Source: an uncultured virus (IMG/VR IMGVR_UViG_3300037461_001375) (taxonomy: Duplodnaviria; Heunggongvirae; Uroviricota; Caudoviricetes). Taken from it: a stretch of DNA of 64,000 nt. Where the stretch lies: the IMG/VR virus record IMGVR_UViG_3300037461_001375. The stretch is one strand, 5' to 3'. The notes under the pieces were generated by a model, which had not been told where the DNA came from, made no database searches, and was given only the letters and a program-made list of their open reading frames with translations. The translations under genes and the position numbers were made by a program. This document shows, piece by piece, positions 54,707-64,000 of the stretch; within the stretch, counting starts at the first letter, position 1; every line of letters starts with the position of its first letter.

Positions 54707-55344
54707 GGCTTGACCGAGATGAGCTTTATTTCGCCAGAGCGCCAAACTTTTGGAAGTAGTTGTGTCACAGTGTATTCGTTTTCGTCGAATCGCACACGGT
54801 AGTAGAAGTCACAGCTTACAGTGATTAGTCCTACGGGGGAGGAAGTAAACGTTATGATTCCATTATTTTCCGTCCAGTTTGTGTTTACAACAGGACCAGT
54901 GCCGGGATCTACTTTAACAACCAAGCCACCAGCTCCGGGGGTTCCACCATCCTTTATCTCGTAGATTGGCTCGACATTGAGCGAGCCCATTGTTCTTACG
55001 ATTTGGAACTGAGGATTTGTTCCAGAGCCATCCCATGTAGCGATAGGCTGATCAGTCAAAGTTTTATCATGAGTATCTTGAAATAAAAAAGTTTCAAATG
55101 AGCCCTTGTGCAGAGTGTAAAAGCCCAAGATCGCATCAAGCTGACGCCCGAGAGTCGCGTCATCATACAGTACGGGGAAGCGAACCGTGAAGTGCCATAC
55201 CGGGAAAACAACTTCGGCGATTCTCGATTCCCGAAACGAAGATGCACGATGCACCTTGGTTGAGAATTCTGGATACTTTGAGTTGCTCCAAGAAAATTTA
55301 TTCTCAAGAGAAACTCCAACAGGTGGAAACACACGATCGCTCAT
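54703..55344 (-). CDS. distal tail protein DUF2460-like
   Basis: PEFST......RE.R, F...KG.FETF.F.D, F...VRFD pattern. Confidence 0.8.
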   Translation of the reverse strand: MSDRVFPPVGVSLENKFSWSNSKYPEFSTKVHRASSFRESRIAEVVFPVWHFTVRFPVLYDDATLGRQLDAILGFYTLHKGSFETFLFQDTHDKTLTDQPIATWDGSGTNPQFQIVRTMGSLNVEPIYEIKDGGTPGAGGLVVKVDPGTGPVVNTNWTENNGIITFTSSPVGLITVSCDFYYRVRFDENEYTVTQLLPKVWRSGEIKLISVKP

Positions 55345-58300
55345 CTTGTTTTTCCAGCAAAATTCCGTGCATCAGGATTAAACTTTCTGTATTGATTCCT
55401 AGATGCACGAATAATTGCAGATCCATTTTGATTGACAAACTTCTTTACATCCTTGGAGTCCCAAGCTTGAATTATCACAGTCGAAGGTCCAGACTCAGAA
55501 CGTTGGGTATCGTATACATCAAACTCAGGTCGAACGACTGACTTTTCCGTAATCAGTCGACGAAGACCACTGGAGATTTGAGGAGGCAGAACCATCTCGC
55601 CCTTGTGGGCCATGAGCAGAGTGTCCGATTCCAGAAAAGCCCCTCGTCGAGCTAGAGGTGCAGCACTGAAGGAGGAAATCGCAGCAGATACAGCTCCGGC
55701 TGCCGCTATTGCAAGCGCAGGACCAACATAGGGAATACCAGCAACCGCAGAGGCAGCTTGAGCAATGGCAGCCGACCGTGCAGCTAAAGCTAACGTTATG
55801 AAGGCTGTTGCCAACGCTGCAACGGCAGCAGCAGTAGCCAACAAAACTGGGACTAAAATTGGAATGGTAGCAGTCATAACCGCAGTGAACGCAAGCATCA
55901 GAGGCAAGGCTACTAGGAGGCCCAAAGCCATCAGTGAAAAACCAACTCCTGCCGTAATCGCTGCGAATCCAACAACAAGAGATACGGCAGCAAGGGCTGC
56001 CATTTTTGGAATCAGTGTAAGTGATGTGGTCAAACCAGCAGTAAGCTTTGCAGCCTCTCCAGTTACAAAGGCGACCACTTCGGACATTTTTGCCCCGATA
56101 GAAGTTGCGGCCTCCTCGGCGGCGATTCCCTGACGCACGCCAGAACCAGCGGCCGTAGCAGAGGACTTCGCGCCTTCCCCTGCTACAGTAATGCCAGTTT
56201 CGGCAGCCTTAAAGCCAAACAGAGAAGCAAGCATTTCGCTTTGAGCCAAAGCAGAAATTGCTTGGATCTTCAGCCATCCTATGGCTGCCTGTATGGCTAA
56301 CTGAGCCATGGTGTTTATCCAAGACAAAACTAAGTTCTTCCCTAAGTTTCGGAAGGCATCTTCGAGTGTTAGAGTTCCTGTGATTATCCCTTCGACAGAT
56401 TGATTAAAGGTACTCGTTATCGCCGAACTTGTTGCGTCAAAAAGAGAACCAAAGCCTTCAAGGGTAGAGCTAAAATTTTGTAGAGCATCACGTTGGTCTA
56501 TCCAAGATTGACGAGTATCCGCACCAACATTCTTGTTCGCAAAGCTATCCTGAATAGCTTTGTTGTAAGCATCGGTATCGCTTTTAAGCTTTTGAAGACC
56601 GTCACCCGATTGTCCAAAAACGTCTAAGCTGTAAGCAAGTGACTTGTTTAAGTTTTTCGTTATGTCTTCAAGCTTTTCGTAGCCCTCTTCTTCTTCAATA
56701 AGCTTTAACTGAACACGTAAAAACTTTAACGAAGTTTCCAAATCTCGAATCTGATCAGCCGTTAGCTTGGCACGATACTGTTTGTCCCTCAAAGCTTTTT
56801 CAAACTCGCCAATAACGGCCCCAACTCGTTCTGAAGTCTTTTCATAAACGTTTAAGCCGTAGCCTATTTCACTCAGCCCTCTAGAGAGTTGATCTGTAGC
56901 ATTGTCAAACGCTCTGAAAGAAGCAGCCCAAGCTTTTACTTGTGCGTCATCAACACCACGAATTTTAGACAGAGCAAGTACGGCATCGGAATATGCAGAA
57001 GCCTTTGCTTCGTTTACATCAAAAATTTCGCCCAGTAAAGTTTGTCGAACTTCAACTTCTCTCAAAGCTTCGTTCAGTCGCTCAAAAACTCTAACGTCTT
57101 CCTTGACCTCAGATTTAAGCTCTTTCTTCGCTTCCTTCAGAGATTCAATTTGATTTGACAAAGCCAAGAATCGTGCTTGAGCATCCTTGACTGCACTGTC
57201 ACTTAGGTCTACTAAATTTTCTTCGTAGATTCTCAACTCTTCCGTAACATTACTTAGTTGTTGCTGAAGAGCTTCAAGCTGATTTGTAGCGGGGATGTAC
57301 GATACTTTGGAGCCAGCCAATCGACCCTGTTCTTTTGCCGTCAGATTAAGCTGAGTTCTAACGCTATCGAGAGAAGAAGAATATTCATCGCCAGAAACAA
57401 CCAGAACGTCCAGCGATCTTCGTAAAGCTTCAACACGAATTCTAGCTGCCCCAGCAGTGTCACCAAATTTAGCCTGAATTAGAGCTGCCTTCGAAAATTC
57501 CTTTGACAGATCTCTAAGAGCATTAGCCGCATCTTGGCTTTGAAGAATATCATTTATGGCTGTGATTATGCCACCAAGTTCAGGATCCTGTAACGCTGCA
57601 CTCAGGTTCTCTTCAGACGCTGCAAGTTTATCAATGAGAGTACGACCTGCGGAAGCTAGAGCACCCTCAAGGTCAAAATCTTTTATTACTGATGCTTGGT
57701 TTGCGATAACTTCAAGCTCTCTACGATACTCACCAAGCGCAACAAGTCCACCTTCGCTCAACTCAAAAGCAGATTCTAAGCTTTGTTTGATCTTACGCGA
57801 GCCTCCGGTAATTTCGTCTACCACGTCAGGCATTATGGATGACATGACGGAAAGAAAAGTTTCTGGGCCGAGCGTAAAAATATCTATGGAAGACAAATTT
57901 AGATTTTCAAGAAAAGATTGCCCCCGACCCATATTCTCAGATAGCTGCTCTAGCGAAGCACTGCCACGAGAAGCGGCCACGCTAAAGTTTTCGTAACCAT
58001 TAGCTACAGCATAAAGTTGAAGTTTTAAGTCATAAAGTTGTTCGATTTGGAACTTAGTGTCGGAAGCAAACTGCGAACCAAAAACTATGTGGCGTGCTGC
58101 GGTTCTGAGAAATCGAGTTAGATAGCTGTCATTTTCGTTCACAGCCATACCAAACTCAGCAGCGGCAATTCGTGATCTAACAAGACGCTCTGCAAGTTGC
58201 CCAGTTCCAGTTGTGATTGCAGCAAAAATTGCAGCAAGGCCGGCAAAAACGGCAATGGTCGATAAAACTGCGGCAATACCTGCTGCAATGACAGTAAGAC

Positions 58301-59633
58301 CTGTGGCAACAGCCGCAGCGGCAGCAGCAACGCCACCCATGACAACAACCATAACAGCAAAAGCAGCCGCAAGGATTCCAACTAAAACTGCGAGTGGTAA
58401 TATTTTTGCAAAAGATACAGCAAACTTTTTAATAAAACCTTCAGACTGTATTGCAGATTGTTGCATGTCACCGAAAGCAACCAACAGGTCTCGGATACTG
58501 TCAACAATGGAAGTTAATATCGGAAGGATTTCCAATCCTAGAATAACTTTAAGGCGCTTAAAAGCATTCGACAAACGGGTAACTGAGTTGGTAAATGTTT
58601 TGAACTGTAAATCGGATTCACGAAGTAAGTCTTTTTCAGACTTAATCGCGTCTTCGGCATTTTTAATGTTTTCTCGAAGTTTGTCCATGGCACCTGCTGT
58701 ATTAAGCAGAGCCATACGAACACGAACGTTTGTGAAAACGCCACCAAGAGCTTGAAGCGTTGGAAGTGCGCCACTGGCCCGGTGTTGTAAGTTATCCAAT
58801 CCCTCCAGAAAATCGATAAAGCCTTTGCTTGGGTCTGAAGCAAAAATTTTCTTAAAAGATTCCCCGGTATCATAGCCAGCAGTCTTAGCGAACAGTTCCA
58901 GTTTTGCTGAAGACTTTGATACTGCCTGAGAAATTTCAGCAAAAACCGACGACATTGCCGAACCACCGGCTTCGACAAGAACACCGGTTTCCGACATTGT
59001 TGCAGCTAGGGCTAAAACAGTGGAGTCTGTAATGCCCACCTGCGAGGCCGCAGCGCCCATCCGAAGCGCCATTCTTAAAATGTCGCGCTCGGTCGTTGCT
59101 GTAGTGTTTCCTAAACGGACGATGGCCGAAGCCAACCGAGGAGTGGATTCCTCCGTACGCCTAAGAACAGTGGTTAGCTTAGCCAACGCTGTTCCGGCTT
59201 CCGTTGCGGAAATGTTTGTAGCTACACCAAAACGAATCATCGTTTCGGTGAGCTTTGGAATGAAGGCTGCCTTTACGTCCAACTGACCAAGAACCGCTGC
59301 AACCCCTGTAATTTCTCGGTTGCTTACTGGCAGATCAGTTGAAAGCCGTAAAAGTTCTCCACGAAATGCTTCGAGGCCAGACTCAGAAAACGAGTCTGCG
59401 GTTGTTTTCTTTACGCGAGCAAATTGTTGCTCAAATCTAGCAGCTTCTGAAACACTGCTCTTTAGCGCAAACGCAATACCAGCAATCGAAGCTGTGCCAG
59501 CTACTGCAACCTTTCCCAATGGAGTTTCAAGGGCTTTTTTGAAGCTGGTGCCGACTTTCTCAAGCACCTTGAAAATATTTTCAGCTCGTAGGCTTAGCTT
59601 GAGAAGTAATCCACCAGTAGCTAGAACGCTCAT
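55341..59633 (-). CDS. tape measure protein (TP901 type)
   Basis: FEQQFARVKK, LGNTTATTE, EAGGSAMS; 1430 aa helical with TM segments. Confidence 0.92.
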   Translation of the reverse strand: MSVLATGGLLLKLSLRAENIFKVLEKVGTSFKKALETPLGKVAVAGTASIAGIAFALKSSVSEAARFEQQFARVKKTTADSFSESGLEAFRGELLRLSTDLPVSNREITGVAAVLGQLDVKAAFIPKLTETMIRFGVATNISATEAGTALAKLTTVLRRTEESTPRLASAIVRLGNTTATTERDILRMALRMGAAASQVGITDSTVLALAATMSETGVLVEAGGSAMSSVFAEISQAVSKSSAKLELFAKTAGYDTGESFKKIFASDPSKGFIDFLEGLDNLQHRASGALPTLQALGGVFTNVRVRMALLNTAGAMDKLRENIKNAEDAIKSEKDLLRESDLQFKTFTNSVTRLSNAFKRLKVILGLEILPILTSIVDSIRDLLVAFGDMQQSAIQSEGFIKKFAVSFAKILPLAVLVGILAAAFAVMVVVMGGVAAAAAAVATGLTVIAAGIAAVLSTIAVFAGLAAIFAAITTGTGQLAERLVRSRIAAAEFGMAVNENDSYLTRFLRTAARHIVFGSQFASDTKFQIEQLYDLKLQLYAVANGYENFSVAASRGSASLEQLSENMGRGQSFLENLNLSSIDIFTLGPETFLSVMSSIMPDVVDEITGGSRKIKQSLESAFELSEGGLVALGEYRRELEVIANQASVIKDFDLEGALASAGRTLIDKLAASEENLSAALQDPELGGIITAINDILQSQDAANALRDLSKEFSKAALIQAKFGDTAGAARIRVEALRRSLDVLVVSGDEYSSSLDSVRTQLNLTAKEQGRLAGSKVSYIPATNQLEALQQQLSNVTEELRIYEENLVDLSDSAVKDAQARFLALSNQIESLKEAKKELKSEVKEDVRVFERLNEALREVEVRQTLLGEIFDVNEAKASAYSDAVLALSKIRGVDDAQVKAWAASFRAFDNATDQLSRGLSEIGYGLNVYEKTSERVGAVIGEFEKALRDKQYRAKLTADQIRDLETSLKFLRVQLKLIEEEEGYEKLEDITKNLNKSLAYSLDVFGQSGDGLQKLKSDTDAYNKAIQDSFANKNVGADTRQSWIDQRDALQNFSSTLEGFGSLFDATSSAITSTFNQSVEGIITGTLTLEDAFRNLGKNLVLSWINTMAQLAIQAAIGWLKIQAISALAQSEMLASLFGFKAAETGITVAGEGAKSSATAAGSGVRQGIAAEEAATSIGAKMSEVVAFVTGEAAKLTAGLTTSLTLIPKMAALAAVSLVVGFAAITAGVGFSLMALGLLVALPLMLAFTAVMTATIPILVPVLLATAAAVAALATAFITLALAARSAAIAQAASAVAGIPYVGPALAIAAAGAVSAAISSFSAAPLARRGAFLESDTLLMAHKGEMVLPPQISSGLRRLITEKSVVRPEFDVYDTQRSESGPSTVIIQAWDSKDVKKFVNQNGSAIIRASRNQYRKFNPDARNFAGKTR

Positions 59634-59642
59634 TTAGCACAC

Positions 59643-59912
59643 TCACAAATTTTGCATCGCTTGTTTTCGTCGTTTGTAATCCAAACGAGCTTTGAGCGTA
59701 TCAATCTTTGACACATTCTCCTGTGCAGTGGGTTGGGGTTTCCATTGTCGTAGAAGTTTCTTCGGAGACATGCCCTTCTTGACGTGTGGTGATATGATTG
59801 TGGCGCAAATTAGGGCCCTATCGTGTATCCGATGATCTTCACGCCAGTTGAAGCCCTCTAGCATATCTGAAAGCTCCCCAGGCGTTAAGCGATAAAACTC
59901 CCAAGGTTTCAA
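59643..59912 (-). CDS. tail assembly chaperone, C-terminal (gpT-like) frame
   Basis: LKPWEFYRLTPGEL motif; frame is open upstream to 60011. Confidence 0.75.
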   Translation of the reverse strand: MKPWEFYRLTPGELSDMLEGFNWREDHRIHDRALICATIISPHVKKGMSPKKLLRQWKPQPTAQENVSKIDTLKARLDYKRRKQAMQNL

Positions 59913-59977
59913 TGCAAGTGGACCATAGGCAGCAGATTTTGCTTTTTCTATCCACGCTGCAAAGGTTTGGGGGAGAC

Positions 59978-60343
59978 TCAGGTTTGAGTCTCCCCCTTCG
60001 GAGGGATCACGTCAGATTCCTCACTGTCAGCTTGCTGCACCCGAATCACACCGGAGGAGTTCAGGGCTCGCGAAACAGGCTCCATGAGACCTTCGAGAGA
60101 TCCGCCCTTCTCAATGAAGGTTTCGATAAGGTCCCCAACCCGTTCGGGAGTAAGCCTTTTATCCTCCCAACGAAGACCAGCCCAAAGAAGGCCGCGAATG
60201 GTGAGGAAACCAACGCGGCCTTCTTCAAAAATTTGAGCTGGACCGATCCCGAGGTGTTGTTCGAGATCGGCCAGCGCATTGATGGAAAATCTGAGATTTC
60301 GAGGCTTGTCAAGCAAGTCGAAAGGTACTGCTGGAGATGGCAT
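59978..60343 (-). CDS. tail assembly chaperone (gpG-like)
   Basis: LRFSINALADLE...IRGLLWAGL; between tail tube and tape measure. Confidence 0.8.
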   Translation of the reverse strand: MPSPAVPFDLLDKPRNLRFSINALADLEQHLGIGPAQIFEEGRVGFLTIRGLLWAGLRWEDKRLTPERVGDLIETFIEKGGSLEGLMEPVSRALNSSGVIRVQQADSEESDVIPPKGETQT

Positions 60344-60372
60344 CTGTGTGCTCCTCTAAGTTTTGTTAGATG

Positions 60373-60840
60373 TTAGTAAGACGGATTGTCACCCGAAGCC
60401 AGCGTGCCCTTGGTCAGAGCGCCTACGCCAAGAATCTCGATGCTGATGATTGCGGCGTCGTCGTTAGGACCACCAAGCTCCCACGAAGTGATGATTCCCA
60501 AGCCTTCAAACTTTTCATGCGTGCTCGTTGTTCCAAGCTTGCCTTCAGGAACAAAACGCATATACAAAGTATTGGGAGAAGTGGTTGGGAGAATCTTGGT
60601 ATACAGGAGATCTTGAGCCGTATCGCTGTGAATATACAAAGCTTCAGCAGACGCAGACCATTGAGCCAGACCCAAAATGTTATCCTTCCACCCGTCACTC
60701 GTGTGGCTGGAAGCATCGATGGTATCACGTTCAATAGTCAGAGTGACATCTCGAAGCTCTGCAATGTGAGAATAGGGGGCAACCCCATCCGAATCCACAT
60801 ACAGCATCGCTCGATACCCAGGAATTGCACTCGTAGCCAT
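60373..60840 (-). CDS. major tail tube protein
   Basis: TIDASSH...GWK..I.GL..WS.S.E, G.G.IT, G.GAL pattern. Confidence 0.85.
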   Translation of the reverse strand: MATSAIPGYRAMLYVDSDGVAPYSHIAELRDVTLTIERDTIDASSHTSDGWKDNILGLAQWSASAEALYIHSDTAQDLLYTKILPTTSPNTLYMRFVPEGKLGTTSTHEKFEGLGIITSWELGGPNDDAAIISIEILGVGALTKGTLASGDNPSY

Positions 60841-60864
60841 TATTACAATCCTCCCGATTAAAAA

Positions 60865-61242
60865 TTACAGACGAGGGGCCAGAACCCAAAACTTCAAATC
60901 GGTAGTTCCACCAGCCCCAATGTCGATGTTGACTGTTCCGTCACTCTGATTGAAAGCCGCTGCGGCAAACGGCCCTGCAATGTACCTCCCACTGATAGGT
61001 ACGGTGATTATCAGATCGCCTGTGCGTCCGTAAGAATCGGCTACGGATTTAACGGTAAAAGCTCGTGTGGCGCCAGCGTTGGTATTGAAAGCCAGCAGCA
61101 TAATCTTGCCACTGGTGTTAACAAAATAGTTTCCGTTGGTCTCATCAGAAGATGTTTGACCAGTCTCGCCCAACGTAATATTTAGAGCCCCACCAACGCC
61201 AGCGAGAGGAACGTTAGTAATAGGAATATTTGTACGCGGCAT
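60865..61242 (-). CDS. virion structural protein (hypothetical)
   Basis: beta-rich ORF in the tail operon. Confidence 0.6.
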   Translation of the reverse strand: MPRTNIPITNVPLAGVGGALNITLGETGQTSSDETNGNYFVNTSGKIMLLAFNTNAGATRAFTVKSVADSYGRTGDLIITVPISGRYIAGPFAAAAFNQSDGTVNIDIGAGGTTDLKFWVLAPRL

Positions 61243-61245
61243 GGA

Positions 61246-61488
61246 TCACTCCTGAGATTTGTCGAATGAAAATTCAGATTGAACGCTAGGGCTCTCTTCA
61301 GGAGGCTCAGGATTGGGCTCTTCAGGAACAAAACCTTCAGGAATCAAGTTACCTGCTGCTACGTATTCTTCAGCTTCCTTTACATCAAAGAGGTAGAAGC
61401 AACCTTTGGAAAAAGTTTGTGAGGCGCCTCCAAACAAAATTCGAGTAAAGGCCTCTTTGCATTCGTAGCGTTTGATTTCTTCAGCCAT
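61246..61488 (-). CDS. hypothetical protein
   Basis: GGAGG RBS. Confidence 0.6.
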   Translation of the reverse strand: MAEEIKRYECKEAFTRILFGGASQTFSKGCFYLFDVKEAEEYVAAGNLIPEGFVPEEPNPEPPEESPSVQSEFSFDKSQE

Positions 61489-61537
61489 TTATGGTCCTCC
61501 CATAGTATCCGAGTTGAAGGGTAAACAGAAGAGCGAA

Positions 61538-61984
61538 TTACAAAGGGTCATCGGCAGCTAAGACACGGAAACGCATAGATATGTGCCGAAGATCTCCAGA
61601 GCTGCCTTGAAGTTGTTCTGAGAACTCCAGTCGAATTTCGAACTTGTAGTTATCCTGAGTTAAAACTTGTTTATCCAACAAGGTGCAAACTCGGGCACTG
61701 ATTTGATCGAGAAGATCCCAAGATTCTGCGGCATCCCATGCGCTGATATACACCGTAACATACTCGATAGTTCCTGTGGACTCCCGAGTCAGCATCGGAG
61801 ATGTGGACATCCTCTCAATTTCAAGCAGAGGATAGGGTGTATTCTGAGCACCCTGATTCAAAACGCGACTTTGCACCAAGGACATCAAATTGGAGTCTGA
61901 CGTCAACTTGGAAAATATTGCCACTTGTAGTGGTTTGTAGGCTTTTCCCATTTCAGTCACTTCAGAAAGTTCTGGGACCACCAA
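61538..61984 (-). CDS. tail terminator/completion protein (DUF3168-like)
   Basis: LQVAIFSKL.SD..L..LV..RV, PYP, RH..MRFR. Confidence 0.75.
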   Translation of the reverse strand: MVVPELSEVTEMGKAYKPLQVAIFSKLTSDSNLMSLVQSRVLNQGAQNTPYPLLEIERMSTSPMLTRESTGTIEYVTVYISAWDAAESWDLLDQISARVCTLLDKQVLTQDNYKFEIRLEFSEQLQGSSGDLRHISMRFRVLAADDPL

Positions 61985-62501
61985 CTCTGCGATAGTTTTT
62001 GTAAAGAGTAGTTCGTGCTAAATTGTTTAGATGCTCAGAACTTGTATACATTTCGGCTGCTGGACGAAAAAAGGGTTTAGCTACAGTTCCAAATTTGAAA
62101 ATATGCTCAGCCAAATCTTCCGGCGTCCAATTATGGTCATCGGCCCAGTTGGAAATTGCGCCAATAGGAGGCCAGTGTGGTCGACCTCCAAACTCTACAG
62201 GCAAGGCGTAGGGCGCAGTTACAGCTACTATCTTTCCGCCGTAGGCAACCTCTTTACCAGAAGCTGGAATGTCGGTTACGACGATGCTGTCCCGAAGTTG
62301 TCCAGTCCATACCGGACAGCGATTACGCGCTTCTTCAGCGATAGCTTCAGCCGTCTCTGCAACAAACGTTTTATGTGTGGCAAGCACAATTAGATCAATA
62401 ACTCTTCGAAGTCTACGTAAAAAGTTATCTAGGCTTCTAACATTTTGATACGTATTCAATATGAAGAGAGATCGAGCCATTATCGAGTATCCTCGGAGCA
62501 A
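61962..62501 (-). CDS. HK97 gp10-like neck protein
   Basis: CPVWTGQLRDSI, YA..VEFG, AKPFFRPA. Confidence 0.85.
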   Translation of the reverse strand: MLRGYSIMARSLFILNTYQNVRSLDNFLRRLRRVIDLIVLATHKTFVAETAEAIAEEARNRCPVWTGQLRDSIVVTDIPASGKEVAYGGKIVAVTAPYALPVEFGGRPHWPPIGAISNWADDHNWTPEDLAEHIFKFGTVAKPFFRPAAEMYTSSEHLNNLARTTLYKNYRRVGGPRTF

Positions 62502-62866
62502 ACCGCTTTAGCAATCTTGTTTGGAAGCTTGATTAAACTTTTAATGCACCAAACACGATCATCGGGAGTTCTGAGCTTGTAGGAAGCCTCGATAGACCTT
62601 GGGTGTTCTTCAACAAAAATATGCGACAGCTCGCCACTTTCGACAGCTCCAGCCATAAAAACTTCAGTAGGAGCTGTTATTGGAATACGATAGCCTCTTT
62701 GTGTTTCAGAGGCCTCCGCGTAAGACATAGTGAAGCCACCCATGCCATCCGATCGGGAGGATGGAATCAAAATGCCAATTTGTTGGCGTAAAAGAGTTCG
62801 TGCGCCACTCATATAACGCTCGCGTAGGAAGACCGAATCAGATGCGAAACTTTGGTCAGAACCCAA
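62480..62866 (-). CDS. head closure / head-tail adaptor
   Basis: SDGMGG motif and position; start probably 62812. Confidence 0.65.
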   Translation of the reverse strand: MGSDQSFASDSVFLRERYMSGARTLLRQQIGILIPSSRSDGMGGFTMSYAEASETQRGYRIPITAPTEVFMAGAVESGELSHIFVEEHPRSIEASYKLRTPDDRVWCIKSLIKLPNKIAKAVCSEDTR

Positions 62867-63438
62867 GCTGGAACCGACTTTTCGATGTACTCTTCTCTGA
62901 AAGCGTTGGAGAGAACAACAGCTTCTAGGTGAACCGATAGACCTCGCCTATGCCAATAGGCAGCCAAGTCTTTTACAGCGTCTAGGAAAGCAGGATCCGC
63001 AGTACCAATAACTGTTTGCGTAACTGCATACGTGATCGTAACGATTGAATACTCGGATTCTCGCCAAGAAAACCAAGGAGCCGGAGGGCTTTGTGGGGGA
63101 AAGAGAGTCCCCGCATCTGGAGTTAGGATGATAACGCCTTCGTTTGAGCTAATCAGATCAACGTTAAGAGTAGTCTCAGTTGTTCCCCCGAAAAGTCGGC
63201 CAACTGAAGACGTAATCGAAGAAACCGGACGATAGGTGAGTGTAAGCTCGTCGCCAAGCTGCACTCGCGTAAACGTATCCACCTTAGAGCTAACACCAGC
63301 TAGATCATACCGACAACGCCGAGCCAAATATGATTCGGCAGCATCCAATGCCGACTGAATCGAAACGTCTTCCGACGTATCCGAAGATGGCAAATCCAGT
63401 CTAGCCTTTGCGTCGTTGAGCGTCACAAGAAAAGACAT
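62809..63438 (-). CDS. head-tail connector (gp6/gp15-like)
   Basis: LVTLNDAKARL....ED..I...LDAAE, PVSSITS. Confidence 0.75.
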   Translation of the reverse strand: MSFLVTLNDAKARLDLPSSDTSEDVSIQSALDAAESYLARRCRYDLAGVSSKVDTFTRVQLGDELTLTYRPVSSITSSVGRLFGGTTETTLNVDLISSNEGVIILTPDAGTLFPPQSPPAPWFSWRESEYSIVTITYAVTQTVIGTADPAFLDAVKDLAAYWHRRGLSVHLEAVVLSNAFREEYIEKSVPAWVLTKVSHLIRSSYASVI

Positions 63439-63462
63439 TTAACTTTTGCCCTCTTACGGAAG

Positions 63463-63493
63463 AAGGGTGGCGGGAACGACCCAGCCACCCTTC
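63463..63493. terminator. intergenic hairpin (possible terminator or processing site)
   Basis: agaagggtggc...gccacccttct inverted repeat; U-tract weak. Confidence 0.45.
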
Positions 63494-63517
63494 TAACCCA
63501 GTCGATACGATTTCCTA

Positions 63518-64000
63518 TTAGCCAACAGCCAAAACAGAAACCGTAGTTGTGGTAGCCCAATCGACCGAACCACTGTTATCCAGAGTGACCAGACCGGAAG
63601 CCCCAATCGTAGCTACACCATCCCAAGCAATGGCTGCACCCGTAGACGTTGTGTAAACATGCACGGATACAAATACGGGAGTGAATGCGAACACGAAGTG
63701 GAGATTTCCGAGGGCAACCTCAGTGGCGTCAGGAACCCGGGAGCTTTTCGCCAACTGAAGCCCACCGGCTACAGCACCCCCATAGGTTTTTGTGTAAGCC
63801 AACTCGTTGTTGGTTCCAGCCAAGGTTTCGGCACAAGTGATTTCTACAGGGCCCGGACCATCAACCTTGAGCAAAATTTCATTTGCACCAATGTCGATGG
63901 CCGTAACGGGCTCAGTTCCACTTGCATTGATTGCCGCAATGAGAGCATTCGTTGCGTTTGCGGGAGTATCATCGGCGTGGCCGGTTACAGCAATTCGGCC
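63518..64000 (-). CDS. head-region structural protein, partial (starts beyond the right edge)
   Basis: frame is open from 64000 (GRIAVTGHADDTPANATNALIAAINASG...) into the track ORF. Confidence 0.6.
   Translation of the reverse strand, partial: GRIAVTGHADDTPANATNALIAAINASGTEPVTAIDIGANEILLKVDGPGPVEITCAETLAGTNNELAYTKTYGGAVAGGLQLAKSSRVPDATEVALGNLHFVFAFTPVFVSVHVYTTSTGAAIAWDGVATIGASGLVTLDNSGSVDWATTTTVSVLAVG

Noticed and set aside
1..64000. Alternative genetic code, introns/inteins, tRNAs
   Set aside because: Genes are intact and densely packed under the standard code with all three stops used; no intein motifs or cloverleaf recognised by eye (not computationally excluded)

Overview
A 64-kb internal segment of a tailed dsDNA bacteriophage genome (long non-contractile, siphovirus-type tail). 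Almost all genes are on the minus strand. In transcription order (right to left) it contains: head-tail connector and neck genes; tail tube, chaperones and tape measure; a GTA-type tail tip (DUF2460, DUF2163, NlpC/P60, large LamG-containing tip); tail fibre; a ~6.4-kb GC-rich block of four exported proteins; a lysis cassette (GH108 endolysin); a ParB-DUF4417 gene followed by an unannotated Arg-rich micropeptide that faces the only plus-strand gene (C39-like peptidase); a replication module (SF2 helicase, initiator with 36-bp-periodic iterons, DnaC-like loader, DnaB-like helicase, primase); a promoter- and terminator-bracketed operon led by a Ycf46-like AAA+ ATPase whose Walker B precedes its Walker A; a sigma-like factor; a split UDG-exonuclease/PolA polymerase; a T4-like recombination set (UvsY-like, gp32-like SSB, RecA, Mre11/Rad50, resolvase); an HNH endonuclease; and small nucleotide-metabolism and accessory genes. 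No capsid, terminase, integrase, tRNA, CRISPR array or reverse transcriptase was recognised. All family assignments come from visual motif recognition, not database searches.
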